Positions 1-8,326 of a DNA stretch of 64,000 nucleotides are shown here, in pieces. The notes below the pieces were generated by a model. It did no database searches and was not told where the DNA came from. It worked only from the letters and a program-made list of their open reading frames with translations. This stretch comes from an uncultured Candidatus Saccharibacteria bacterium (GTDB lineage Bacteria > Patescibacteriota > Doudnabacteria > UBA920): the NCBI GenBank assembly GCA_964436545.1, contig CAYTCJ010000001.1, positions 142,392 to 206,391 of the forward strand, read 5' to 3'. Position 1 is the stretch's first letter. Every line of letters starts with the position of its first letter. The position numbers and the translations under genes are program-made.

Positions 1-99
1 ATATGAGGGAAATGGTGGCTTTGCCGTATTATGTGGGCAAATTAATTTGGAGAGGTTTTTAGCCTATTTTCAGCCGGTTTATTAGGAAAAGGGCTTAAA

Positions 100-128
100 T
101 TGACAAAAACATTGGGTTATATTACAAT
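100..128 (+). promoter_or_regulatory. sigma70-like promoter TTGACA-17-TACAAT upstream of the rplJ leader
   Basis: TTGACA at 100-105, 17-nt spacer, TACAAT at 123-128, read directly. Confidence 0.55.
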
Positions 129-293
129 ATGTTTAATATATAAATTTCCTAAGAAAGTTGGCGTCTGTAAAATATCAGACATAATCCTAAAATTGGATCC
201 TGAACTTAGTTCAGGATGACAATATAGGTAAGCCCACCGAGGATCATTACGCAGAAATACGCAAAATTAGTGCGGATTGAGGCGGAAGTTTTC

Positions 294-321
294 ACTCGGA
301 ATAATCCGAGTATTTTTTTTT
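294..321 (+). terminator. intrinsic terminator/attenuator hairpin inside the rplJ 5' leader
   Basis: ACTCGGA-ATAA-TCCGAGT stem-loop followed by a run of 9 T, about 160 nt before the rplJ ATG. Confidence 0.5.
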
Positions 322-338
322 GGAATTTAATATTAAAC

Positions 339-390
339 CCTGTTAAATGTTGCCTTGCAACAGTTCGCTTCCGGCGAATTATTTAACAGG
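339..390 (+). other. three-way-junction RNA structure in rplJ leader (candidate L10/L12 autoregulatory site)
   Basis: CCTGTTAAAT/ATTTAACAGG outer stem encloses two hairpins (GTTGC-CTT-GCAAC and TTCGC-TTCCG-GCGAA). Confidence 0.35.
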
Positions 391-481
391 TAAAGGTCGA
401 TTCGTATAAACGAATAATAAGTAATTGATGACAAGTAACATTTATTAGTTATTAGTTATAAATTATTAGTTAGAAAAATTT

Positions 482-1030
482 ATGGCAAAATTAAAATCAC
501 AAAAAAACGAAGATTTGGCCGAATTAACTGAAAAGTTAAAACACGCTAAATCCGCCGTGCTTACCGGTTATAGCGGAACCACGGTAAAAGATATTACTAA
601 GTTTCGTTCTACTTTAAGAAAAGAAAAAGTTTTTTCTAAGGTTTATAAATTGACTTTAGTAAAAAAAGCAATGAAAGACGCTGGTTATGAAGGCGAAATT
701 GCAGATTATAAACAACCTGTAATTCTTTCGGTGTCCGAAGATGAAGATCCAACCCCAGCCAGAGTTATTAAGAGTTTATCTAAAGATATTAAGACTTTGG
801 TAATTTTAGAGGGTTTGTTTGAAAAGAAATTAGTGAGTAAAGACATGGTAATGTCTTTGGCAGACTTACCAAGCAAAGACCAGTTACGTTCCCAGTTTAT
901 GTCTGTGTTAAATGGACCAATTTCTGCTTTTGCTAGAGTGTTAAATGCCTACGCGGAAAAAATGTCCAAGGCTACAACTGCTGTGGCTTCTGAGCCATCT
1001 GCAGAATTAACAACTGCTCCGGCAGTGTAG
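482..1030 (+). CDS. rplJ: 50S ribosomal protein L10
   Basis: 182-aa ORF with L10-like N-terminus (VLTGYSGTTVKDITKFRSTLRK); sits directly upstream of L7/L12. Confidence 0.93.
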   Translation: MAKLKSQKNEDLAELTEKLKHAKSAVLTGYSGTTVKDITKFRSTLRKEKVFSKVYKLTLVKKAMKDAGYEGEIADYKQPVILSVSEDEDPTPARVIKSLSKDIKTLVILEGLFEKKLVSKDMVMSLADLPSKDQLRSQFMSVLNGPISAFARVLNAYAEKMSKATTAVASEPSAELTTAPAV

Positions 1031-1073
1031 GGTCAAGATTATTTAATAATTAACAAATTTTGAAAGGTAATAT

Positions 1074-1475
1074 ATGTCAGAAGAAAATAAGGATATTGTA
1101 GTGCCAGAAAAATATAAGGCAATTGTAGAGGCTGTAGAAAAACTTACAGCTATGGAATTGTCTGAGTTAGTAAAAATTTTAGAAGGTAAATTTGGCGTAT
1201 CAGCAGCTGCTCCTATGATGATGGCTGGTCCGGTTGCCGGCGGAGCCGCGGTTGCCGAAGAAAAAACCGAATTTAATGTTGAATTAGCTGAAGCCGGAGC
1301 TAACAAAATTAATGTCATTAAAGTGGTTAGAGAAATTACCGGTTTAGGACTTAAGGAAGCTAAAGATATAGTAGACGCAGCCCCAAAGATGGTAAAAGAA
1401 AATGTGGCCAAGGCTCAAGCTGAAGAATGGAAGAAAAAGATTGAAGAAGCCGGCGGTAAAGTGAATTTAAAATAA
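1074..1475 (+). CDS. rplL: 50S ribosomal protein L7/L12
   Basis: Ala/Gly hinge followed by canonical C-terminal domain ([24 protein letters not shown]). Confidence 0.97.
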   Translation: MSEENKDIVVPEKYKAIVEAVEKLTAMELSELVKILEGKFGVSAAAPMMMAGPVAGGAAVAEEKTEFNVELAEAGANKINVIKVVREITGLGLKEAKDIVDAAPKMVKENVAKAQAEEWKKKIEEAGGKVNLK

Positions 1476-1581
1476 TTTAGCAATATTATTTTAAATTCAT
1501 CCCGAACTTGCTTCGGGATCCATAAAATAATTTAGCAATATTATTTTAAATTCATCCCGAACGTTTTTAAGGGATTATAAA
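1472..1581 (+). repeat. 55-bp tandem duplication of the rplL stop/3' flank
   Basis: 36-bp exact direct repeat ATAATTTAGCAATATTATTTTAAATTCATCCCGAAC at 1472-1507 and 1527-1562; the rest of each unit has diverged. Confidence 0.8.
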
Positions 1582-1585
1582 AATA

Positions 1586-1626
1586 AAATCACCCCGCTTG
1601 TATACTAATAAGCGGGGTGATTTTAT
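1586..1626. terminator. bidirectional intrinsic terminator
   Basis: 12-bp stem ATCACCCCGCTT/AAGCGGGGTGAT flanked by an A-run and a T-run, between convergent rplL and ORF 1623-1940. Confidence 0.8.
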
Positions 1627-1940
1627 TTGGGTGGAGTTTGGTCTTTACGTTTTTCTAAAACTAACTGTCCATTTTTCTCTACAACATTATAGTAAGGGCC
1701 CATTCGCCAAGTAAGAATATCACCCGCATTAATGCCGGAGACATTATTCAGTAAATTAGCATCGCTTGGGTTTTGAGGTGCTTGGTGCAAAATCCAAACA
1801 CTACTCATGCCATTATTAGCCGAAAAAGTGGGTTTGGCCAAAGAAGTTATAGGTATTTTTTTAGTTTCTAAAGGTGGTGGGGTTTCCGGTGTGGGTAATT
1901 CTGGAGAACGGTTTAACAATTTATTTAAAAAGTTACGCAT
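1623..1940 (-). CDS. hypothetical protein (105 aa)
   Basis: ORF bounded by the terminator and the dus start region; no recognisable domain. Confidence 0.45.
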   Translation of the reverse strand: MRNFLNKLLNRSPELPTPETPPPLETKKIPITSLAKPTFSANNGMSSVWILHQAPQNPSDANLLNNVSGINAGDILTWRMGPYYNVVEKNGQLVLEKRKDQTPPK

Positions 1941-1974
1941 AGAAATCTTTATTGAATACAGCTATAATACTCGT

Positions 1975-3174
1975 ATGTCTAATTTTTGGCAAGATCTACC
2001 CAAACCTATATTTTGTTTAGCGCCCATGGAAGCAGTTACTGACTGCGTGTTTCGGGAGATTTTTGCTAAGTACGGGAATGGGGATGAGTCAAGAAGTATG
2101 AGTCAAGAATTAAGAAGTAGGAATCAGGAATTATGTGAAAGTCAGAAAAGCATTGAACTAAAACCTCAAACCTCAATCTTCAATTCTTTCATTATGTTTA
2201 CAGAATTTGTGAATGTAGACGGTCTTTTACATCCCGAAGGATTTAAAAAATTAAAAATTGATTTGGAGTTTACCGAAAATCAACGTCCCATAGTGGCCCA
2301 GCTTTGGGGCAGGGATCCGGAAAAGTTTTTAAAAGCCTCTCAGTTGGTGGCCAAAATGGGTTTTGATGGTATAGATATAAATATGGGTTGTCCGCAGGAA
2401 AAGGAGATTGCGCAAAAAACTTGTGCTTATTTAATTCGTGAGCCGAATTTAGCAGGGGAGATAATTCAGGCGACTATAGAAGGTGCAAGAGCAAATAACT
2501 CTCCCCAACCCTCCCTTTGGAAAAGGGAGGGAGCTACTGCATCTACTCCCTCTTGTCCAAAGCATGCCCTGAGCCTGCCGAATGGGAAGGGCAAGGGGGA
2601 GTTCTTGCCAGTTTCGGTTAAAACCCGCATTGGCTATTCCAAGGCAGAGGAAATGGAAAACTGGATTTCTCATTTGTTAACCTATCCTATCTCTGCTTTA
2701 ACTTTACATGCCCGAACCAAACAGGAAAAAAGTAAAGTTCCGGCGCATTGGGAAAAAATTAAGGAAGCGGTAAAAATTAGAGATAAGATACAAGAGAAAA
2801 GAGAAAAGGATAAAACACTAATTATTGGTAATGGCGATATTAAGTCGCGTGCCGAAGGCTTGGCACGTATAGCCGAAACCGGGTGCGACGGAGTAATGAT
2901 TGGCAGGGGAGCGTTTGGTAATCCTTGGCTGTTTAGAGCTGATAATTATATCCCCTCAACACAGGAAAAATTACAGGTGATGCTGGAGCATGCCGAACTT
3001 TACGAGAAAACCTATGCCGGATTAAAAAATTTTATTACCATGCGAAAAAACTTTAAAGCCTATGCCAGTGGCTTTGAAGGCTCTTTAACACTTAGAGCTA
3101 AACTTATGGAAACCAATAATACCGGAGAAGTAAAAAATATTATTGAGCAGTTTTTAAGGCAAGGTGAGTTTTAA
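1975..3174 (+). CDS. dus: tRNA-dihydrouridine synthase with two in-frame insertions
   Basis: Dus motifs (LAPMEAVTD, GFDGIDINMGCP, VSVKTRIGY, GCDGVMIGRGAFGNPW). Start trimmed to the ATG at 1975 because the upstream track extension overlaps the divergent ORF. Confidence 0.88.
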   Translation: MSNFWQDLPKPIFCLAPMEAVTDCVFREIFAKYGNGDESRSMSQELRSRNQELCESQKSIELKPQTSIFNSFIMFTEFVNVDGLLHPEGFKKLKIDLEFTENQRPIVAQLWGRDPEKFLKASQLVAKMGFDGIDINMGCPQEKEIAQKTCAYLIREPNLAGEIIQATIEGARANNSPQPSLWKREGATASTPSCPKHALSLPNGKGKGEFLPVSVKTRIGYSKAEEMENWISHLLTYPISALTLHARTKQEKSKVPAHWEKIKEAVKIRDKIQEKREKDKTLIIGNGDIKSRAEGLARIAETGCDGVMIGRGAFGNPWLFRADNYIPSTQEKLQVMLEHAELYEKTYAGLKNFITMRKNFKAYASGFEGSLTLRAKLMETNNTGEVKNIIEQFLRQGEF

Positions 3175-5148
3175 TAAACTGGAATCATTCAGTAAGTAAA
3201 GGGTTTTATTTTTTTCATCTACCACAAAATCTTTAAGGTTATTCCAGTTTGGATTGGTAAGGTTATAGACTAAATTACCTTGTTTATTCAATACCGTAAC
3301 CCGTTTTCTGGTTGGTTCCAGTATGTAGAGATTTTTGGTTTCCACAGAAGTAAAGATTTTTTTAGCTCCGGACAAAGGTTCGATTAAATTAGTTTTAAAC
3401 TCAGTCGGGTTGCCTGCATAGTATTTAATTATGCCATTGGGTTTTAGGAAATAAATACTGCCATCAATGGCAAAATCAACAATGGCTTTACTGTCTTCGG
3501 GGTTTAAAGTTAAGGCAATTTCGGGTTTGGCTAGGGTATTGTTTAATACCGCAAAACTCATGAGTTGGCTTTGGCCTATATTTAACATGTACAGTCTTTG
3601 TTTGGTGCTGTAATAGGCTAAATTAACGCTATCGGGCAGGCCGGGAACCGAAGAAGTGTAATTATCGGTTAGAGAGTTATTTTTGCTATCCCATAATTTT
3701 ATACCCAGGCCATCGTACACAGCAGTAAGGGTAGAGGAAAGCCTTTGCGAATAAATGGCTACTGAGTTGAGGGAAATTTCGTTATCTTTTATGGTATGGG
3801 TTTGTTTGTTGTAACTAATGAAGCGATTATTGGCATAGACTGCGAAGTGTTCGGGAAAATCATGTAAATTTTCGGCATTGGCTAAAACGCCCAAATTTTC
3901 GCTGGTAATTTCCAAAGTTTTTTCCAGTTTGCTTTTAACGGCATCTAAGGCGGTAAGCGTATCAGTTAGGAGAGTTTTTTGTGCATCGGTGCGGGGAGTT
4001 ATGTTGTTTAAGGCGTTTAAAGCTGAGTTTAAATATTGTCTGGCAGCCGGATCGTCTTTATACAACAAGGCAGATTCCGCATCACTTAAATTTTTTTGAG
4101 CCACGGTAATGGCTTGCTCGATTTTGGCGTTTGTAACTTTGCGGTCTTTAAAATACAGAGCCACAAAAACTTGGAAAATTAAAGCTACACATAACACACA
4201 AGCGGAAGCAAAGAAAAATTGTTTTTGCGGAGAGTATGACTTAAAATTTTTAAGACTTAACCAGCCTGATTTTTTTACGGACTGAAAAGTTTTAGTGAGC
4301 CAAGGTAGAAAATTAAAAGTACGCAAATTAATTTTTTTGGTTTGGGCGGCAAAATTTTGGAATTGCAGTTTTTTATTGGGATTAACAATGGCCAAAATAA
4401 AACTTTTAAGCTTAAAGCCCCAAGTGGGTTGGTTAATTCCGCTGGTTTCAATATATTCTTCCAGATTTATTTCTTCATCGGGGAGAGTGCCGGCCATGGC
4501 CTCCTCGGCAATAATGGCCCCTAAGGGCACCTTACCGCCCGAATTGGCTTTTAGAATATCTACAATGTGCGCAGTGGATTTTAAGAAGTTTTTTTGATGC
4601 AATAAGCCTTGGAGTCTATCTAGGGCTATGAGGTTAAATAATTGCGAGGTGGACAGTAAAATTAAATCGTTGAGTTGGATTTTGCCGGAAGCGAAGTTTT
4701 CAAAAGTTTTTACCGCATTGGATTTTTCCGGCGAACAAGCAAGGTCGGTTACTTGATTATCTCTAAAGAGCAGAGCGGTAATTTTTCCCACTGTGGAAAT
4801 ATGAAATAGATTGTTTTGTTTAACCGCAATTATACCATTGAATTTTAGGACCCAGTGAGCTAGGCCTAAAGTAATAAGTTTGCTTAATTCTTCGTTAACG
4901 TTGCTGAGGGAGGTTTCAAAAGTCTCCGGTGAGTTGGATTTGTCAAAGGTGCGTTTAATGGCGGAAAGTATGCTTAAACAAATCTTTTTAGAGGGCTCGA
5001 GGAGTTCCGGAGTGGTATCGGTAATTTCGGCTACAATAAAACATTCATTATTTTCGCCTTTAAGCTTTTCTGCCACGACAAAAACAAAGCCGGTATTACC
5101 GTCTTCCGGACCTAATTGAATTTTAGCGACCTGTGATTCCAACTCCAT
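3154..5148 (-). CDS. hypothetical single-pass membrane protein (about 664 aa)
   Basis: Long ORF with one TM segment (FFFASACVLCVALIFQVFVALYF) and a beta-rich C-terminal part. Start trimmed to the ATG at 5148 to avoid overlap with the divergent gene. Confidence 0.7.
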   Translation of the reverse strand: MELESQVAKIQLGPEDGNTGFVFVVAEKLKGENNECFIVAEITDTTPELLEPSKKICLSILSAIKRTFDKSNSPETFETSLSNVNEELSKLITLGLAHWVLKFNGIIAVKQNNLFHISTVGKITALLFRDNQVTDLACSPEKSNAVKTFENFASGKIQLNDLILLSTSQLFNLIALDRLQGLLHQKNFLKSTAHIVDILKANSGGKVPLGAIIAEEAMAGTLPDEEINLEEYIETSGINQPTWGFKLKSFILAIVNPNKKLQFQNFAAQTKKINLRTFNFLPWLTKTFQSVKKSGWLSLKNFKSYSPQKQFFFASACVLCVALIFQVFVALYFKDRKVTNAKIEQAITVAQKNLSDAESALLYKDDPAARQYLNSALNALNNITPRTDAQKTLLTDTLTALDAVKSKLEKTLEITSENLGVLANAENLHDFPEHFAVYANNRFISYNKQTHTIKDNEISLNSVAIYSQRLSSTLTAVYDGLGIKLWDSKNNSLTDNYTSSVPGLPDSVNLAYYSTKQRLYMLNIGQSQLMSFAVLNNTLAKPEIALTLNPEDSKAIVDFAIDGSIYFLKPNGIIKYYAGNPTEFKTNLIEPLSGAKKIFTSVETKNLYILEPTRKRVTVLNKQGNLVYNLTNPNWNNLKDFVVDEKNKTLYLLNDSSLLKLTLP

Positions 5149-5211
5149 AGTAGGTTTATTATACGATATTTTAAGGTTTTTGAAAACTTGTGTTATAATA
5201 CTACTAAACCC

Positions 5212-5772
5212 ATGTACGAAGAAATTCTTAATTCCAAACATCTTTCCCAAAGCTTGTGTGTCTTTATGCATTTGCCCCAAAGAGCTTACTCGATTAGCGA
5301 AACAGCTAAGGTCTTTCGGTTGTCTGTGCGAATGTCCGCCGGGATTTTAAATACCTTGACCGCTCATAATTTTTTAAAGTCAGTTACCAAACATAACAAG
5401 AAGTATTTTTACTACAAACCCAGTATCGATGTGCCTTCTTGGTTTAAAAGTAAGTTGCTAAAACCTAAAAAAAAGTTAGAAGATCCTTTATTTGAAGATT
5501 TAAAAAAATTGGCTTTAAAAGGAGTATTTCTAACGGGAATTTTTTGTGGACTACCCAATTTACCCGTAGATTTATTGTTAGTCGGCAGAGTGGATTTAAA
5601 AAAATTGAATAAGTTTTTAGACAAGTGGCAACAAATTATGGGATTGGAACTCAACTATAGTATTATGTCTGAAGAGGAATTTGTTGAAAGGAGAAATACG
5701 TTTGATAAATTTATAAAAGATATTTTTGACCATAGAAATTTAGTGGTGGTGGATAGGTTGGGTAAGAAGTAA
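5212..5772 (+). CDS. hypothetical protein (possible winged-helix N-terminal domain)
   Basis: ORF-track ORF 5188-5772; start moved to the second ATG; domain call is weak. Confidence 0.5.
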   Translation: MYEEILNSKHLSQSLCVFMHLPQRAYSISETAKVFRLSVRMSAGILNTLTAHNFLKSVTKHNKKYFYYKPSIDVPSWFKSKLLKPKKKLEDPLFEDLKKLALKGVFLTGIFCGLPNLPVDLLLVGRVDLKKLNKFLDKWQQIMGLELNYSIMSEEEFVERRNTFDKFIKDIFDHRNLVVVDRLGKK

Positions 5773-5868
5773 ATTAAAAGAGCGCTGAAGAAAGCACGCT
5801 GAAATAACGCAGAAGTCTTATTTTATCGACTTACCGGCGTTTCCATCAGCAATTTATGAGCAATATTT

Positions 5869-6105
5869 ATGAATGAAATCCAAAGTTTATATTTAGAATT
5901 TTTGCTAAATTTTCCGGAAAACTTAAGACCTTTGGTGTCTATTGGTTTAGCCGTGCTTTTGGTGTATGCCCTGTTTAAGGTGGTAAAAAAACAGTTTATA
6001 TATATTGTTGCTCTGGTGGTTTTACTCCCTGCATCGGTACCGATTTTAAAAAATATTTGGCAAGGGGTGGTAATGTTTATTAAGTTTTTGTTGAACACAA
6101 AGTAG
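5869..6105 (+). CDS. small membrane protein (78 aa, two predicted TM helices)
   Basis: Two hydrophobic stretches; the overlapping minus-strand ORF 5823-6098 is less protein-like. Confidence 0.45.
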   Translation: MNEIQSLYLEFLLNFPENLRPLVSIGLAVLLVYALFKVVKKQFIYIVALVVLLPASVPILKNIWQGVVMFIKFLLNTK

Positions 6106-6157
6106 AGAAGTATTTTTAAAAAGTTTATTGTCGATAATCAAATTGCTATATCTAGTA

Positions 6158-6266
6158 GCCTCGGTGAAGGAATGCCTGCACTCCGAAGCTGTGAATAGGG
6201 GGAGTGCCTGCACTCCGAAGCCTCGGCGAAGGAATGCTTGCACTCCGAAGCTTTAGCGTAGGAGTG
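6158..6266. repeat. three tandem 30-32-bp units ending in GCACTCCGAAGC, plus a terminal hairpin
   Basis: Units at 6158-6189, 6190-6221 and 6222-6251. The tail CTCCGAAGCTTTAGCGTAGGA recurs inverted at 18383-18404. Confidence 0.8.
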
Positions 6267-6313
6267 TGGATAACTTAAAGGTAAACTCTTGTTTACCTTT
6301 ATTTTATTGCAAC

Positions 6314-6342
6314 TTGACGCTAGGTAAACGAAAGTATATTAT
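6314..6342 (+). promoter_or_regulatory. candidate lexA promoter TTGACG-17-TATTAT
   Basis: TTGACG 6314-6319, 17-nt spacer, TATTAT 6337-6342. The spacer contains a GGTAAAC half-site. Confidence 0.5.
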
Positions 6343-6345
6343 TTA

Positions 6346-6422
6346 GTTAGCAGTTAGCAGTTAGCAGTTATCAGTTATCAGTTATCAGTTATCAGTTATC
6401 AGTTATCAGTTATCAGCAATCA
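6346..6422 (+). repeat. heptanucleotide tandem array (11 units: GTTAGCA x3, GTTATCA x7, GCAATCA x1)
   Basis: Counted directly; lies between the candidate lexA promoter and the lexA ATG. Confidence 0.9.
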
Positions 6423-6471
6423 GCAAAATGCTCCATTGTAATCTTAAATCATTAATTTTTAATCATATTTT

Positions 6472-7089
6472 ATGCCCAAAGAAATTACCAAAAGACAAAA
6501 AGAATTGCTCCAATTTATTATTAGAGAAATACGGGAACACAATTTACCGCCAAGTTTTTCGGAAATGATGGACTATTTTAAATATCGTTCTAAAAACGCC
6601 ATTGCCAAAATTTTAAAAGTTTTAGAACGAGAAGGTTATGTTAAAGTTTCCGGCAAGGCTCGCGGGATTGAAGTGCTCAAAACTTTAGGTGAAAGTTTAG
6701 AAAAGGGTTTGGTTAGCGTTCCACTTTTAGGCAATATCCAAGCCGGTAGCCCGCATTTGGCCGAAGAGCAAGTGGAAGAATGGATTAATTTACCCACTTC
6801 GCTTATTCGGGGCAGACGTGATGTATTTTTGTTAAAAGTGAGGGGAGATAGTATGGTAAATGCCGGAATTTATGAGCACGATTTAGTAATTGTCAGGCCG
6901 GTTAAAGAAGCTAAAAATAACGATATTGTTGTGGCACTGCTTCATGATGAAGCTACAGTAAAACGATTAATTTACGTAAAAAATCGAGCTTACCTAAAAG
7001 CTGAAAACCCTAATTATAAAAATATTTACCCTAAAGAGGAATGGATGATCCAAGGAAAAGTGGTGGGAGTGATTAGACAGCTTGAGTAG
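6472..7089 (+). CDS. lexA: LexA repressor
   Basis: Winged-helix N-terminal domain plus S24 peptidase domain with cleavage site and catalytic motifs (GNIQAGSP, RGDSMVNAGI, TVKRL). Confidence 0.93.
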   Translation: MPKEITKRQKELLQFIIREIREHNLPPSFSEMMDYFKYRSKNAIAKILKVLEREGYVKVSGKARGIEVLKTLGESLEKGLVSVPLLGNIQAGSPHLAEEQVEEWINLPTSLIRGRRDVFLLKVRGDSMVNAGIYEHDLVIVRPVKEAKNNDIVVALLHDEATVKRLIYVKNRAYLKAENPNYKNIYPKEEWMIQGKVVGVIRQLE

Positions 7090-7128
7090 AGTTATGGATT
7101 ATGAATAATGAATTATAAATAAAAAAAT

Positions 7129-7314
7129 ATGAGCGAAATTCAACAAAAAAAATTAAATATTATATCTGAGCTTAGAACACTGTGTGCTCATTGTGCGACC
7201 AGTGGCAATAGGGAACATAATTGTCCCATTAAACAAATTGCTTTAAAAGTGCAGTATTTACAAGGTGTCCCTTTAGTGGTAAATAGTGAATTTAAAGGTA
7301 TGCTTTGGGCCTAA
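7129..7314 (+). CDS. small Cys-containing hypothetical protein (61 aa)
   Basis: ORF with CAHC...HNC pattern; no family recognised. Confidence 0.35.
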   Translation: MSEIQQKKLNIISELRTLCAHCATSGNREHNCPIKQIALKVQYLQGVPLVVNSEFKGMLWA

Positions 7315-7400
7315 AAACAGATTTTAGATTTGTGATTGAGGATTTAAGAGTCATTTAATTTATAATTTAAAATTTATTTTGCTTATACATAAAACACTCG

Positions 7401-7652
7401 CTATTTGGCGAGTGTTTGTTTAATTGCTAATTGGATTTTTTCTAATTCAGCTCTTTTATTCCATAATTCTTGTTGTAAGGCCAAATTATGCTCAAATAGT
7501 GCTGTTTGATGTTCTGTGGTGAGAATTTTTATTTTATGATCTACGCAAAAGAGCGCCCAGTGGAGTTGCTCTTTGGACATTTTGTCAATCGCACCCAGTT
7601 CCGGAATTGTAATTCCCGGTTTTTCAAAAGTTGATTCGAGAGTTTTAGGCAT
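7401..7652 (-). CDS. hypothetical protein (83 aa)
   Basis: ORF only; helical C-terminal half. Confidence 0.4.
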   Translation of the reverse strand: MPKTLESTFEKPGITIPELGAIDKMSKEQLHWALFCVDHKIKILTTEHQTALFEHNLALQQELWNKRAELEKIQLAIKQTLAK

Positions 7653-7666
7653 AGGCAGTTAAAAGA

Positions 7667-8326
7667 TTATTTTTTGTAGTTTAAGTATTCTTTAGGTAAA
7701 TCAAGTTTAAATTTTTCGCACAATAATTTAACTGCTTCCACATACTTTCCCGGCCATTTATGTATCCAAGGCGACAGAAATTCAATCATATATTGAGGCG
7801 CAATACAACGGACAGTTTGGCCATCAATTACTCCAGTGCCTGTTAAAGATTCTGCTGGGTACATAATGCCATCAATAATACTACCATTGACATCACAAAC
7901 AAAAGCATGGACATCAAGCTTATTACCAATATTATCACCTAAAACAAAATTCCACTTGCTATCTTCCTTAATTTGTTTATAACCGTCTTTTTCTAAAAGC
8001 TCACGAAGCTTAGGCACAGCTTTCCAGTTTATAGCAATATCTAAATCGTTATGAGGGCGGAGTTGTTTGCCCAATAAAGCATCAACGCACCACCCGCCAT
8101 CAATCCAGATTTTAATATTATTGTTTTCAAATTGATTATATAAACTCAAAACTGTTTTAAGCTGCATTATTTTTTTTTGTAAATTAAAATAATCTTTTGT
8201 GCCTTTTAGCCACCCACCTTTTAAGAGTTGGCCGGAAAGGATTTGGCTTTTACTTGCCCAAAGGTAAGTGGTGTGAGCAGGGGAAAGGTTAATTTTCCCT
8301 TCTAAAAATTTGGCCTTGAAACCCAA
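7667..8326 (-). CDS. ANT(2'')-like nucleotidyltransferase domain protein (reading frame continues from the upstream Nudix gene)
   Basis: IWIDGGWCVDALLGKQLRPHNDLDIAI resembles the aminoglycoside-2''-adenylyltransferase family. An internal ATG at 8167 would give a stand-alone 167-aa protein. Confidence 0.7.
   Translation of the reverse strand: MGFKAKFLEGKINLSPAHTTYLWASKSQILSGQLLKGGWLKGTKDYFNLQKKIMQLKTVLSLYNQFENNNIKIWIDGGWCVDALLGKQLRPHNDLDIAINWKAVPKLRELLEKDGYKQIKEDSKWNFVLGDNIGNKLDVHAFVCDVNGSIIDGIMYPAESLTGTGVIDGQTVRCIAPQYMIEFLSPWIHKWPGKYVEAVKLLCEKFKLDLPKEYLNYKK

Noticed and set aside
1-99. Possible 3' end of an upstream ribosomal protein gene (rplA is expected before rplJ).
   Set aside because: No frame gave a recognisable L1 C-terminus, so no call was made.
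1043-1411. Antisense ORFs inside well-supported genes. Examples are 1043-1411 in rplL, 2449-2673 in dus, 27210-27836 and 30111-30659 in the giant gene, 33527-34462 in galE, 36467-37150 in the S8 gene, 49795-50424 in ctpA and 58141-58509 in rpsD.
   Set aside because: They overlap genes with clear family signatures and have low-complexity, repeat-like products.
1807-1974. Long N-terminal extensions given by the ORF track for dus (1807), the ROK kinase (12448), the GT2 at 48341, pgi (53332), rplM (59929), alaS (51084, TTG) and the S8 protease (36294).
   Set aside because: The extensions overlap neighbouring genes or repeats. Family-typical N-termini begin at the downstream ATGs used in the feature table.
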